A stretch of 64,000 bases of DNA from Spironucleus salmonicida (Eukaryota): assembly GCF_000497125.1 (NCBI RefSeq), contig NC_090600.1, forward strand, positions 62,001 to 126,000, read 5' to 3'. Shown one piece after another: positions 40,840 to 54,790 of this stretch (position 1 is the stretch's first letter; every line of letters starts with the position of its first letter). A model generated the notes under the pieces. It worked only from the letters and a program-made list of their open reading frames with translations, made no database searches and was not told where the DNA came from. Both the position numbers and the translations under genes were made by a program.

Positions 40840-41715
40840 TCAATACTCATCGCTGCTAGACTGTATTTAATAAACTTTTTCGAATTTGATAATATCTTCT
40901 TTTACTGAATTGATAATTTCAACTTAACTTGTATTTTTTCTTATATTAAGCTTACTCCCATAGCTAGTTTAACTTTTAAGATTTGCCATAGTAGCATGAT
41001 ATTTGCTATTTTGTAGTTGACTGCTTCCTACTAAAAATTAACCTATAAATGATGTAATTGACTCCGGTATTAAAAATTTTGTCGGAAAATTAACTCTTAT
41101 TTTAGTAATTTATGATTTAAGAGTTTTTATTTCTTTAACTAGAGATCTGATTTCATATACATTATACTTTAAATTATTTAGTTAGGATTTTGAGTAGATT
41201 ATACGATTTTTTAGTTCTACTATTTCTTGTTGTTAAGTTTTGATTTGTTCTTAAAAACAATTTATCGTCTATGTATACTATTGTTCAAATTATTATTTAA
41301 GGTTTTTATATTGATTTTATAACTAATTTTCATAAGTATCAATCTTCTAAGTCATTTCATCTAATTATTTTTATTGTTCTTAGATTATAAGATCCTTTGA
41401 TAATGATTCTTGTTTTTCTATTTTTATTATAGAGGTGAGGAGATCGTTTTTCTATTTTTATGATATTGTAATATCAAAATTACGTTCTTCTTATGGTGGT
41501 AAATTATATTTTCTAACTATCATTCTGCCTTTTCTGATAGTTTATAATGGATATTTCGATGAACTATCTCTTTATTAATCGCTAATAGAATTAGATATTT
41601 ATGTTTTATCTTTTATTATTGATGATACCATATTTATACCTGATTTATAAAACATCTAATTACGGTAAATTTCATCTTTATAAGATTAAATGAACGAATC
41701 AAAGTTATCATCCAT
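40840..41715 (-). CDS. coiled-coil hypothetical protein, 291 aa
   Basis: Open frame ATG 41715 to TGA 40840. Confidence 0.7.
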
Positions 41716-41859
41716 TTATATTATTGATAATTTTTTTACATCACTGCATTTATATATAAATAATTATGTCTAAATCTAGTTTGATATCTAAGTTTTAATA
41801 TTATTAATATTTATTCTATTTATTTTATTCTCTTATATATTTGGTAATAACTTTAAAAA

Positions 41860-42774
41860 ATGAGACCGTAATTATCCTTACGTGAAGAATAATTAACTAA
41901 ATTAAGTTTTAACGATTTCAACCAATTTATGGATAAATAGAAATAATAAATAATAAACTCATAGAATAATATTCGACTAAAAAGAACGAAATCTGCAAAT
42001 TACGATGTGTAAATCTACCCAGTGACATCTATAAAAACACACCTAACTGAACATTATTTAAGTGATTAAACCACGATAAATACATATTAAAGTAAGGCTA
42101 AATATGCTCTTAGCCGTTACAAAATGCTAAAAGATAGTTCTGATCAAAATTCAAAATCAGTCGAATTTTTAACTAAGCAAAATGACTAACTGAAACTTGA
42201 AATATAAAACCTGAATTCTTAAAATCAACGTTTATCTTAGTAAAGTTAATTACGTTTTGAAAAAATCCTGATTCAGTCAGATGAAATAGCCCTTTTAAAA
42301 TTTGAAAAAGCACACCAAGACGACATTAGTAATTCAATTTCAGATGCTAAGTTGGCGACTGTTACAGTTGATCTGCATAATGAGTAGAAAAAAAATATTT
42401 TCCTTTCTGCAAAAGTTTAAAATTTGGAGTTCTCACTATAAAATATTTCTACATTAAAGTTTGAAATTTGTGATATTAGAAATGGTTTGTAAGAACTAAA
42501 ATAAAATATTAATGGAAACGATAAAAAACTAGTTAACAACATTAGTTTTTGTGGTATGACAGTTAATAATATGAGCGAATAATTACTACATTAAAAAAGT
42601 GTTATTCATATGTTTAATGCAAAAGAAGAAAATATTAAATCTCAAGGGAGGAATATTAGCAAGTTATAAGTTAGCAATAGTGCAAACTTTGCATCCTTAC
42701 TTAATTGCAGCTAACGATCAGATACAAGCTTTGAAATTGATTGCTTATTAGATTCCGCAAGATTTATAGATTGA
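41860..42774 (+). CDS. coiled-coil hypothetical protein, 304 aa
   Basis: MRPQLSLREEQL...SARFID*. Confidence 0.7.
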
Positions 42775-42857
42775 TGTAAACTAGTTTTAATAGCACCGGA
42801 TGAATATGAAATTAAATATTATATGATATATTATATGATATACGATTCAAATATAAA

Positions 42858-43625
42858 ATGAATATATTAGTTTAACAATCATTCGAGTTGTAGCGAATAA
42901 TTAATTAATGGTATGTAGCTGATTAATAATTTGTTAATTTTATTAAGAATACAAATTAAGACTAAAGAATTTAGATTAAAGATGTATTTAATTATCTGAA
43001 TAAAAAATCACTAGACTTTTATTTACGGAGAAAGTTATCATCCAACCTATATGATAATATATAGTATATATTTATGGGTAGAGAGGACTTTTTAAAGATG
43101 AAATTTCTTTCATTCTATAAAAAGAAATAGTATGATGGAATTTTCATTTTAACATCCATATTGAGTTAGTCAGAACTGGATTCCTTAAAGCCATTTATCA
43201 TCTAAAATATTTTATAATAATGCATGTAAGATAGTTATCTTTTAGACTTAACACTTTAACTTCTTAATGCATAATAGTTTAATTTAATCCCTAATGGTAT
43301 AAATTAACAAATTGATTACATATAATACAAGAATTTTGAAAACAGATAAATAAATACTTTTTTGTTATCTTTATCTACAGAATCTCTCCTAAATTTTGAT
43401 TATTTTGATGTTGAAAAAATATTACAAAATTCATACCAGTAAATTCTATATCATAGAATAATTTCAAAATAAAATTTGGCTATTTATATTATTAAGGAAT
43501 TTTAATACCTATTTTATGACTAAGATTTTTATATACTTTTTGGAAGCTTGGAACTAAATTTCCACGAAAAATCATATATCTGTAGCTAAATTAGTGGTTT
43601 TACTAAAAAAATCTGGAAATGCTGA
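42858..43625 (+). CDS. hypothetical protein, 255 aa
   Basis: Open code-6 frame; no motif recognised. Confidence 0.55.
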
Positions 43626-43872
43626 CTGATAGTATTGAATTACGTATGTTTGCTTATTAGTTATATTAAATTTTATTAGTATCTTAAAACTTTAAAGGAT
43701 ACTAAATTTTTTTAACTATTAGCTTATTAAATCTAATTTTATTTTAAATTTCCATTTATAATTTGTAACAACATGAAATTTTCATATTATTTTTGATCAT
43801 AAAATATTATACTAAAATTTATTACATACTACATTATTATACAAAGTATTAAATAATTTTGCAAATCAAAAA

Positions 43873-46554
43873 ATGTCTCATAATATCTCAAAAGAGGAGA
43901 TCTATTCATTTACGCAGTATATTAACATTAACCTTAAGAAATCTAGTTAATGTCGTAAATTTCTCCCAATTAGCCCAGATTCAGACGCCCTTTTCGACGT
44001 ACTCTGGGACTCGAACGGCTTAATTCTGCAACAGCTCATACACATGGCTACGAAAGATCAGTCTTCACTAATTTCGTCATTTAGCACATTTAAGATCCCT
44101 GAAAAGCCAAACCCCTTCCAAACACTCCAAAATCTGAATTGCTGCATCGAGGGCGCGAAAAAAATTGGTTGCAAGATCATGGGGGTCTCTGGCGACGATT
44201 TTAAGGAGAAGAAGCAGTACCTCGTCCTCGCAGTGTTATGGTAGGTGATCCGCAGGTGCCTGGGCGTCAAAATCGGTGCAAAGTCAGCCATCAAGGACGA
44301 CGAAATCGAACCTGTCATAATCCAGTGGGCTAACGGTATTTTGGGCCAGTCACGCGAGCTTAAGGACTACGGTGCGCCTGAGGTCCTGAACGCGCTCATG
44401 CGCGAGGTCGCCAGGCAGAATTTGATCGAATTCGCTAGCGACGAAATGGACGAAACTGCCATGCTAAACCAGTGCTTTTTGATCGCAGATGAGCTCCAAA
44501 TCGAGCGATTTGCGCGTGTCGAGGACTTGAAAAATAGAAACGGAAAGATAGTTTTAGCGTTCCTCGCAGAGGTGTTTTCGTAGGTTATCAGTTAAGAAAT
44601 AGCGATTGGGCAGGACTCTGCAATTGCACAAATGAAGCGCATTTCTGTTGTTAAAAGCATCAAAAACGGGTTTTAAGAATCTGTCGTTTTTATGAGTTTC
44701 AAACAGGGCATGCTGTGGGATTAGAGTCGTGCGAGTGGGTTTTTAGATAGCACCGAGCTTTGCATTTTCATTTTAACCATTTTAGACGATCTGAAGATTC
44801 GAAATTCTGACGAATTCTAGAGTTTGTAATATAGTTTTTTGCTACCAAAATTAACAGAAAAAGAATAACTTTCATTAATGCTTTAGACAGTTAAGCTTTT
44901 GCGAGACTGTTTGGATTAGATTTTATTTTAAAATAAAGTGGATATAGAGCTTTTTAGAATTCTAGTTACCAGTCTGATGGTTTTAGTGTCTGATGAATCA
45001 AATAGAGTGGAACTACTAGGAATAAGCTTTGGGTCGACAATGAATAGATTATTAATGGTAAGCGGTAATTAGAAGCTTATAGCTCCAATATTTTTATTTG
45101 GAAACACTATGGATATGGAATCCAATACAGTTATTTATTTTGATATTTTCAAGAGTTTTTATGATCAATTAGATAAAAATATGTTGTATAAGCTTAATTT
45201 TACAGAATTTAATGCTATAATCTTTAGTCTATAGTAGATATAGCTCGTGGATTAAACTAGTTAAAAATTATTTTTAGATTATTCATTTGAAAACATGTAT
45301 AAAAATATTTCATAGTACACGATATAAGATTTATCCTTATTTTACAATACTTTGAAAAACTCATCATATGGGTTTGATGAAATGTAAAAAATATTAGAAT
45401 CATCTATTAAAAATGTTGTTTTAGTTTAAACTAAAGATTCCAGTCTAGGGTCATTATTAAAATTACAGAATATTAATTTTCTTGTTATTTTATTGGCGAA
45501 GTATCCTGAGTTGTCACTAAAGTATCTTTAAAGCTCAAATATTCATATAGAGGCGATTAAAGTTGTTAATAATATAAATTATGATAATTTGTAAGATTCT
45601 ACCTATTAGCGGGAGATATATTCATCTGCTTATTTACTAAATGCGGTTAGAAAAGCATTATAATTAAACTCTAACGATGTATTTTCTAATATAGATAAAT
45701 AACTTAGGTTTGTATAAGATAAATTTGAGGAATTATATGTTTATTTAGTAGAAAATTAGCTTGGGAATTAGTCTATACGTTCTACCGCTAGATATTTAGT
45801 TTAAGGATTGTTAGAAATAGACGATGTAATAATAAATAAATTTATGGAATATTTAGAAACTTCAGCAAAGTCGTCCTCATTTACAGCCTTCATTCAATCT
45901 ATGAAAGATATGGAAATTACAGCGTAATATATCAACAGTCAATAGCTTGTGAATACATTAAATTGGGTTTTCGCTGGCTTAGCTAAATTTTAAGATATAG
46001 AATTGGTTATGAAGTAGTCTTTATAAACATTAATTTCATTAAGTGTATATAGTCCATAGCTTATTATTACTTCTTTAGGGCTAACCGAAATTACTAATAC
46101 TCTTATTCCATGGATAAATGAATCTAACATATTAAGCTTATATCTTGTTCTAATTTAGACATTATCATCTTCACCAAATGCATCTTTACCAACATTTATA
46201 GTTAGCTTTAAGATTTTATAAAGAATACCCACTTAATTTTCTCATATTTTACCGCAGTATTATAAAACTTTATAATCCTTAGCTAATAGTTCGAAGACTG
46301 CCAAGTATTTTTAAAATTATTTGGGATTCTGGAATAACATTATCGAACATTTATCAAGCGGTATTATAGTTGCTAGAGCAGTATCTGCATGCATTCTAAA
46401 AGTAGTGGAAGCAGGATATATTTTGTTTGAGTAAGCATAATAAATAAACTTATTTGAAAAAATTGAATTGTATGGGAAAGGTTATCATGATGAAGAATTG
46501 AATAATAATATTAGTAAAATTATAGCATTTTACGTTTATTATACAAATGAGTGA
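43873..46554 (+). CDS. fimbrin/plastin-type tandem calponin-homology protein with long helical C-terminal region, 893 aa
   Basis: SKEEIYSFTQYIN, LPISPDSDALFD, NPFQTLQNLNCCIEGAKKIGC, YLVLAVLWQVIR, GKIVLAFLAEVF; frame checked to TGA 46552. Confidence 0.85.
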
Positions 46555-48177
46555 TAAGCTGTATAATTTCCTACTAACCATTAGATTATTATTTTTAATT
46601 AGATATTTAACTCAAATTGAAATGTTGAATAAATTAGTTATCATAAAAAACTAGGTTAAAAATATATAAAATTTAAAATATATGTGTATACAATATTTCA
46701 TGTGTAACTAGATAATCTGATTTATACTATAAATGAATATTTTTCCAAAGCATTATTGTTACTAAATATTTAAATATAGATTAATATTTTATTGTAATTC
46801 TAAACTTAGAAACATAAATTATATGAATGTCTATATTTATTGCTACTAATATTAACGTGATAAAGCCCCTAATAAACTTTGCAACTCCTTGTTTGCTATT
46901 ATTTGTAGATTCTTCTCTACTTTTATATTAAACAAATTTTAAGATATAATTTTGATAATATGAATATTAAATTTTTCTTATTCTATAATTTAACACTGAA
47001 AGTGTCATTTGATAAAATAATTTTTTATCTATAAATTAAAGAGTCTATAGTTATACGTTTGCTAATTAAATATGATCTTTGAGTTAAGAATAGCAGTACG
47101 TAATATTAGATATACAGAATTTTATCAAAATATCTAATTGCTTCTTTATTATAAGTTATGATAAACTTATATTAAGTGTAAACAATCTAAAATAATACAA
47201 ATAGAAAATAGTTCTTCCAAATGAAATATTAAGTATTAACACTTCATATTCATTTTGTTGACCTTAAACTGAGAGAATGCAAAATAATATTGATCATTGA
47301 GTATGGTTAATATAATTTATAATGAAATATATCTTAATAATATATACTAGATTGCTAAATAAATTAAATAGGATGACTAATGTTATTGCATTAGTTCCTT
47401 ATTTTATGATAATGAGGTTTAGCTCTGTGTATTAGCATAACTTAATTTCTTCTACATTAAAGTTACTTAAATGTGATATTTCTATAAGTCAGAATTATTA
47501 TACTTAGATATTAATAACAATTTAAAACTGATTTATAAGTCTTCAACTCAAAATTTGATTATTGAGATATAAATTCGCGAATATAGATGATACTAAGCTT
47601 AAAGTATACTCTATTTATCCTTTATAGTGTAATATATAAATATATAACTTATTAAATTCATCTTATATTAATATAATAGTTATATTAATAGTATTTTTAT
47701 GATAATTCTTCTCTAGAATTAGCTTTTTTAGTAAAAATTGCATAATAATATGTATAGGAATTCTTTCTTTCAAGTAAATTACTTTTATAAATAATGATAT
47801 TTTTACAATTCTAATAATGTTAGAAAAATAAGTACCTCCTATGTGTATTTTATTTGTATTTTCATTATTTCAATCAAAAATATTAGTTCTATTAATCGTA
47901 AAACCATATTAATAAGTTTTATAATTATACAATCATTAGTAAATAACCACTTAACACTAAATGTATAATATCTAAAAACTAATACTACCTGCCTGAAGAA
48001 AATAATATTCTAAATACTAAAATGATTAACATCACTATAATATTTTAGTAGAAGTTATTCTATACTTATAAATGATTTCTCATAATCTATAAAAGTTATT
48101 CCTGGGTTTTAATTGGAATTATATACAATTCATATTAAGCAAAAATTTATTGATTACGAGTTTTAATAATTTTTATA

Positions 48178-50004
48178 ATGTAGTGCACAGAAGGTACATC
48201 GTTGATAGGCAATAAATGTCACGCTAATGAATGCCTCACTGGAAATGTTATTTGTGGCGGTCATGGAAAATGCTCTAAGAAAACTAACTCATGTAGATGC
48301 AAGGTTAATTTTACAAGCTTCTAGTGCACAGAATGTTCCCCAGGAATGATTTTAGTGAACAAAAATAAGCAGTGCGCGCCTAAAGATTGTATTTTTGATG
48401 ACACTATTTGCAGCCAATAAGGAACTTGCACATGAACAGAAACACTGTCTTGCAGTTGTTTACCAGGATTCTCCGGAAACTTTTGTTAATGTGGTCCAGG
48501 CTTCACCTAAATAAGCGAAACCAGCCCCAAATGTGCCGAATATCTCTGTGGATCTCGTGATAATGAATGTATGGGTCTATCCGCGTGCATCCTCACTACA
48601 AATGCTCTAAACGCTGAATTTGTATGTGATGGATGTGGAACCTTATCCTAAGGTGATCCTAGAAAAGGCTGTACCTGCATAGATGGGCTAGCTTTAGTAT
48701 AATTTGAATCTTAAATGACCTGCGTAGATGAATTTTGTGCCACCAATGGAACGGAGTGTCATGGGCACGGAAAATGTGGAGAGTTTGGCACCTGCGAGTG
48801 TTTTGACGACTATGATCAGTATGCTAAATGCAAAGTCTGCAGATAGGGATACAAGTTGGTCGATGCAATTTGCGTTCAGAATTTCTGCACAACAGGTAGA
48901 ACTCAATGCAATAACCGTGGATCCTGTGACTTGGAAACAATAAAATGCAAATGTGAGCCAAATTTTACGGGAGATTCTTGCGAGCTCTGCAAGTATGGCC
49001 TCTAGTTCGTTAAGAACAAGACATAGTGCGCCGATCCAAACTGTGTAATTAACGATACAGTTTGTAGCGATAGTGGCTTTTGTGACACAACTTACAACCC
49101 TATTTGTTCATGTGAGAACGGTGCTAGTGGAGCAGGTTGCCAATGTCCAAAAGGGCAGACTCAGCTTACTTTAGACTTTTTAGAGTGTGGATATAATTTG
49201 TGCTAATCGTTTAGAGGTAAATGCTTCAGACGTGGGAAGTGCATTAAAAATGGAAATGAACTTTTTTGCGAAAACTGTCGTCAATTTATTTTCAATGACC
49301 CACGTTAAGGATGTTAGGGATGTCTTCCAGGTGCTAAACATTTTGGAGAACCTTCCGAATACATTTGTAAGGCTGAAAAATGTATCACTGGTGAAAGTCT
49401 TTGTAGTGGTAGAGGGGAATGTTTGAACTCTGGAATATGCAAATGTAATGATTTAAATGCAGACTCATAAACAGGTTGTAGTACGTGTGATGAACTGTTC
49501 ACAATGGTTGATGATAAGTGTGTAGCAGATTCCTGTTTAGAAAGCAATTAGGAATGTGCCGGAAATGGTAAATGCCAAAATGATAAATGCATTTGTGAAT
49601 CAGAGATGCTAGATGAAACAGTAAATTGTGGTGCTTGTAAATCTGTAAATATAGAATTTGAAAAAATGTGTAAGTCTTGTACATCTGAGTTAGGAATAAT
49701 AAGTGGATAATGTCTTAACATGTAATGTACATAAAATTAGAAATTTAATTTTGAAAATTCAACTTGTGATGATAATATTATCATGAAAGGTAAGATTAAC
49801 AGAAATTTGTTCGCTATGCTAATAGTTATTGCTCTGAGCTTGGTTGCAATTATGTCAATCGGATTCTATTTATTTGCTAGAAAGTATTTGATAAAGCATA
49901 CTTATAGTATTACAGATAACTAAATTGAATCTGAAGACAAATATAATCCAGAATTAATAATATCCCATTAGGTAGCATGCTTAAATTCAGGTGATTCTGT
50001 GTGA
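48178..50004 (+). CDS. EGF/tenascin-like cysteine-rich membrane protein with one in-frame TGA at codon 86
   Basis: Repeats of CxGxGxC...CxC; TM LFAMLIVIALSLVAIMSIGFYLFA; only internal stop is 48433-48435. Confidence 0.8.
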
Positions 50005-50569
50005 AATTAATTTCTTTTTTAAAATACAAATGAAAAACAAAATAGGGAATAAATAATTTAATTAAAATTATTAATTAGTTGCTTTGGTAATTCTGTAAGT
50101 CAAATTAAGTTGACTATAAATTTTGAGAGCGTACTGATAAAAATATAAAATTTTAAAGGCAATGTAACTAAACGAATACTGAATAGATTCAGGAATCTTA
50201 ATGTATATTGTATTGAGATATTATAATTATATATTATATAGTTATTATAATGAGCTTGTTTAAGTATAAAAATTATGAATATGTGTATGAAGAATATTTT
50301 TATAATATACGAGAATTCTCATTTTTGGCAGCTATTCAGTCAAAATATGAATTAAATTTGAAATTCTAAAAAATTAATTCTCAATATTCATTTGATAATA
50401 ATATTATACTTTTCCTATCGTAAATTAGCTTACAATTTTATAAACCTTGATAATAAGTATTAATATTAACTTATTTTTATAAATACATTTTTTATCTATC
50501 AATATGCTTATATTGATAACTTAATTTCACTAACATTATATAGTCTACAATTCCAATGTAATTTAATTA

Positions 50570-50780
50570 CATTGTCACTAAATTTTTTAATAAGACAATA
50601 CGTCAAACGGCATCCAACTGCACCAGCTAGTACGGAGAGATTGCACCACTTCAGATCGTGATGGTAGAATAATTTTGAGCATTAACAAATTTCTGTAATT
50701 TCAAAAAGTGGTAACAGATTATATTTTTGGAAAAAATTATTTGCAAAATATTTCTTACAAGATTGTAAATAGTAAGATAT
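50570..50780 (-). pseudogene. heavily decayed CRMP 3' relic
   Basis: Minus strand reads SGAI (another frame) then VLAGAVGCRLTYCLIKN, followed by AGTGA; resembles the CRMP TM and tail. Confidence 0.45.
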
Positions 50781-51050
50781 TAATCAATAAATAAATTATA
50801 TTGAGTACTTGTAATTACAATCATTATAAAAAGATAAGTGACTAAATTTAGGCTGAAATTTATTTATTATTAAACGGTGCTTTGTATTTCAGATTCAAAT
50901 TTCTTATTTTTTTAAGGTTTCTTAATAAAATTAACATTATTAAATCTATATAAATTATAAAAATAATATTAAATTAAACAATTAGTATAATTTAGTCATT
51001 TACAATCACTATGTTATAGTTAACTAAGCCAAAATCAATTCAAATGACAA

Positions 51051-53546
51051 TCACATCTCGTACACTCCTATCATCCTAACCTAACCTCTTTAAACAGCTA
51101 TTCTTTCTCTATGCTTCTCTAATAGCCTGATTCCATCATTTAAAAGACCCTCACAATTTTGACCATATGCATCTTTAAGTGCTTTTAGTCTACAATATTT
51201 AGTCATGTTATCAAGTAAAAATATACCTTATTATGCTTTTTTTGCCATTCTAAGCCATCTAACACTAGTCACCAGAAGCTACCAAAATTCTGTTAGTTTA
51301 AATTCGCTAAAATCAACATCCTAAACATTCTTCACTAAACACTGAGTGATAGCTTCTAATAGTAACTTATCATCTTTTTAACGAATTGCTAATTGAACAG
51401 CTGCAGCATATTTATCTTCATTTAATGCATTATTGAATAATTATGCATTTAAAATTTCTTATACCTTTTCATTTTCTCTTAGTATATTTTTCTCTTCTGT
51501 ATTATTATACATTTCTAGTATTTTACCATTACTGGTACCTATTAAAACTGCATCACTATCCCAATAGAATGAAAATGTACCAAAATCTGTTCTTTCTTCT
51601 TCAATTTCTTCATTTAACTTAATAGATTTTTTAAGACTTTTCGTTACCAAAATATCTTATGCGAATTCCTATGTTGATAATACAAAATCGACTTCACCAG
51701 TACCAATATTATGAACAGATATAATACCAGAATTTTATAAACAAAGAACTTATTTTTCATTTAGAAATTATGCTCTAACGACAGGAAAATTGAAATTTTC
51801 AATAGTTTTTACGACTTTCAGCTCAGAACTTGCAAACTAAACGATACGTACTCTCTTATCTCCACACGCCACAACTAAATACTTACCAAATTATGATATT
51901 CCCCATATTGTCCGTTTCGATAAATTAGGTATAGAGTGTATCAATTATATATTTGACTAGTCTGAATCAATTGAAATAGAACGTTTTTTATTAACTTTTC
52001 CAGTAAAAATGTCAAAAATACTGATAACCTCCTATTTTTACGTTTTAGTTACATGACCTACATTCCACAGTGACAAAGCTTTATCAGCACTTCCAGAAAC
52101 AAGTAGTTCCGTTGAAATAAAATGAATATCATTTATAAAGTCCATATGTGCAGTTACTTTCTCGAAGGCTGGAGTAAATTTTCCAGAGTTATCTAAAAAT
52201 AGGTACTTTTAAAGCTCTAAAGTGTATATCTGCTTGTCGCAAGAATATGCTAAAATCGCACGTGTCTTAGTATGAGTGAATGCTAATGCGGTAACTTGTT
52301 AGCTTGTTTACAAACTAATTTCCAAAAATGGAACTAACTGCTTCTAGATTGTTTATTCGAAATTTGGTTAAATTTATAAAAATTAACCAATTTCTTAATT
52401 TTCAAAAGTTACCTCTTTTTCACGCCAAAAAATTATTTAATCTGCACTAGCTGACATAACAATTTTTTCATCATCTAAATCAAATGTTTAGATATGAGTA
52501 ACTACCTCCACATGACCTGAAACGGCAATGCAGAAGTTTTGCGATTTTTAATTATCGAAAATGTAAAATGAGCTAGAAGATCCAGAAAATACAAATTTAT
52601 CATTAAATTTTGCGATTGCAAGAATTTCCCCAAACTGTGAGGAAGAAGCTGAAAGTGTTTTAGTAAAAAATTCGTTTTCGATCAATATTGAAGTAGACAG
52701 ATCGATAATGAAAATCGTGAGTTCATAGTCTATAACGAATAGATAATTTTACAAAATTTCTATTTAAATGCAATTTGAAATTCGTTTTCCATTCGAAAAA
52801 ATAGGATAAATTGCGCTGAACACAAGCTCTTTGTTGAACTATATTTAGCTCAAATCGACAATTTGGAGCTGCCCATCATCGTTGATACAAATGAGTTTCG
52901 TTCCGTGCTACTTCATTGAGTAAAATTTAGTGTTTAAAAAGATGTTTCGACTAATGACTTGGTTTTGTTATATCGCTAGAGAGTTATCACGTCCAGATGT
53001 TAATAGTGAATTTTCGTAAAATATACCGGCACAGGGTACATGTTCAGATACTTCGTTTATATCAGTTGCGCTGAGCTAAATTGTCTTTTCTGAATAAATA
53101 ATTACTGCTTAGTCTTAGTTAATTTCTACTGAAACTGCTTTTGAGACATTTTAAAATTGCTATATTTACTTAAAATTATTGTATAACTTAGCAGAATTTC
53201 CATGACATGCTGCGAGGAACTAACCATCTGCAGCGAGTAAATGTGGTGGTGTTTGAAGGGAAATTGAGTGGAGTTTGACCATTTCAGCATCAAATTAGGT
53301 GATAAGCCCAGAATTTTGGTTGATTTTAAGGTCAAAGGCTATGTAAATTGTTGTTTGGGAGGTTGTAATAGCAGTGATTTCGTTATCAAAATCGATAGAT
53401 TTCTCCAGGCTAAGAGATGGAATTTGTAAGAAAAATAATGTATTGCGGTGTACTGAAAGAATTTGATTGTTAAATATAGTAATTGGAATCTTCGAAGTCA
53501 CCTGAGTAAGTAGAGTCTGGGGGTCTGAAAGGGAGGAAATGTTCAT
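51051..53546 (-). CDS. UTP13: WD40 protein, UTP13/TBL3-like SSU processome component, 831 aa
   Basis: WD motifs LLTSGRDNS, SGHVEVVT..IVMSASAD, LLVSGSADKALSLW, LVVACGDK; helical C-terminus resembling Utp13 (interior not fully checked). Confidence 0.72.
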
Positions 53547-53938
53547 TTTAGGAAGTGGAAAATGGAGTGATATTTTATTAATACATATATAGTAATTTCT
53601 AAATATTGAAAAGCTGTGAGAGATTGCATTAATAGAGATTTAAAAAGGCTTATATTTTGTAACATTTGATACTCTATAATTTCTATAAGATTTCACACCT
53701 GGTTAGAGCGATAAGTACATTTTAATGATTATTATCAATATTGTAAATAAAACTATATCGATCAATTAGTGTAAATATTCATGTGAGTTTCTATTTGCAT
53801 AATTTTGATGTTAATTAATAGTTCGCTTTCTTATTTTATAGCATCTTAATAGTATCTATAAATATTAATACATAAAATAAAAACGAAAACTATAAGTATT
53901 ATGTATTTTGTTTTATAATATTATACTATAATTTAAAA

Positions 53939-54790
53939 ATGGTTGAATCAGGAACATGAATATCGACTTTACCTAGTGCAAACATAACTTCTTTAGCTCT
54001 ATAGGGAGTCTAACTTCATAATATTATAAGCCATATAAAAAAGAAATTTTATTTCGATTGGATTGTACCTGAGTAACAGGTACTACTGTATTCAATTGTA
54101 AAACTTGTGTCGTAGGAGCATGCACCTATTGTTTAAAATAGACCTTCCTCAAAAGCTAAAGGTGTATAATCTGTATCAAAAATTATGCATATCGTGTAGC
54201 TATCAATACATGCAATAAGTATAATATTAGTTTTAAATTAGAATCTACAACTTTAACGTGTTACAAAGATTGTCATTCAAGTAACGATTCTTAACGCACC
54301 ACAGATGGTTTTGTGGCTAAAACCCCAAAAGATGTTATTCTTATGATGACAAATGTGCATTATTCTCCTTAAAAACTTGTTGTAATAACTGTAAAGATTT
54401 ATTATAAGTTAAAAATATTGCTTGAACATGTGAAATTAAATGTACTAATAACCTTAATGGTTAATCTAGTAAAAATGGAGTCAATACCGTATGTGCGAAG
54501 ATTAGACTTCTCAATATTTTTGCAACGCCTAATTGAATTATGTTTCTTGTGCCAAGAATTATAATAACTGTAACACATGTATGCTTGGTGTAGGAAAAAA
54601 TTATATTTTTGTTTGTCTTCAATGTGTACATAGATATTAAAAAATGATAGTTTTTACTGGATTACTAAAAGCAGTTCTAATAACACGATTGATAATGATG
54701 CCGTCATAGGTATCGGTACATCATTATGGTAGTAGGTAGTGCAGTTGGTGGGGGTTAAGCTTAATATTTTATCAAAAAGGTAAGAAGTTA
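53939..54790 (+). pseudogene. decayed CRMP pseudogene
   Basis: MVESGT then TGA at the first Cys position; frameshifts; residual CxxC and TM relic VVGSAVGGG..YFIKK. Confidence 0.8.

Noticed and set aside
43644-43700. GTATGTT 5' splice-site-like sequence
   Set aside because: Intergenic, with no ACTAAC branch point and AG acceptor following.
46555-48177. Possible genes in the long AT-rich gap
   Set aside because: Only low-information ORFs with no recognisable motifs.
50590-50720. GC-richer island as a SECIS element or ncRNA for the TGA-containing gene
   Set aside because: It lies about 600 nt past the stop in a genome with very short UTRs, and it reads better as a minus-strand CRMP TM relic.
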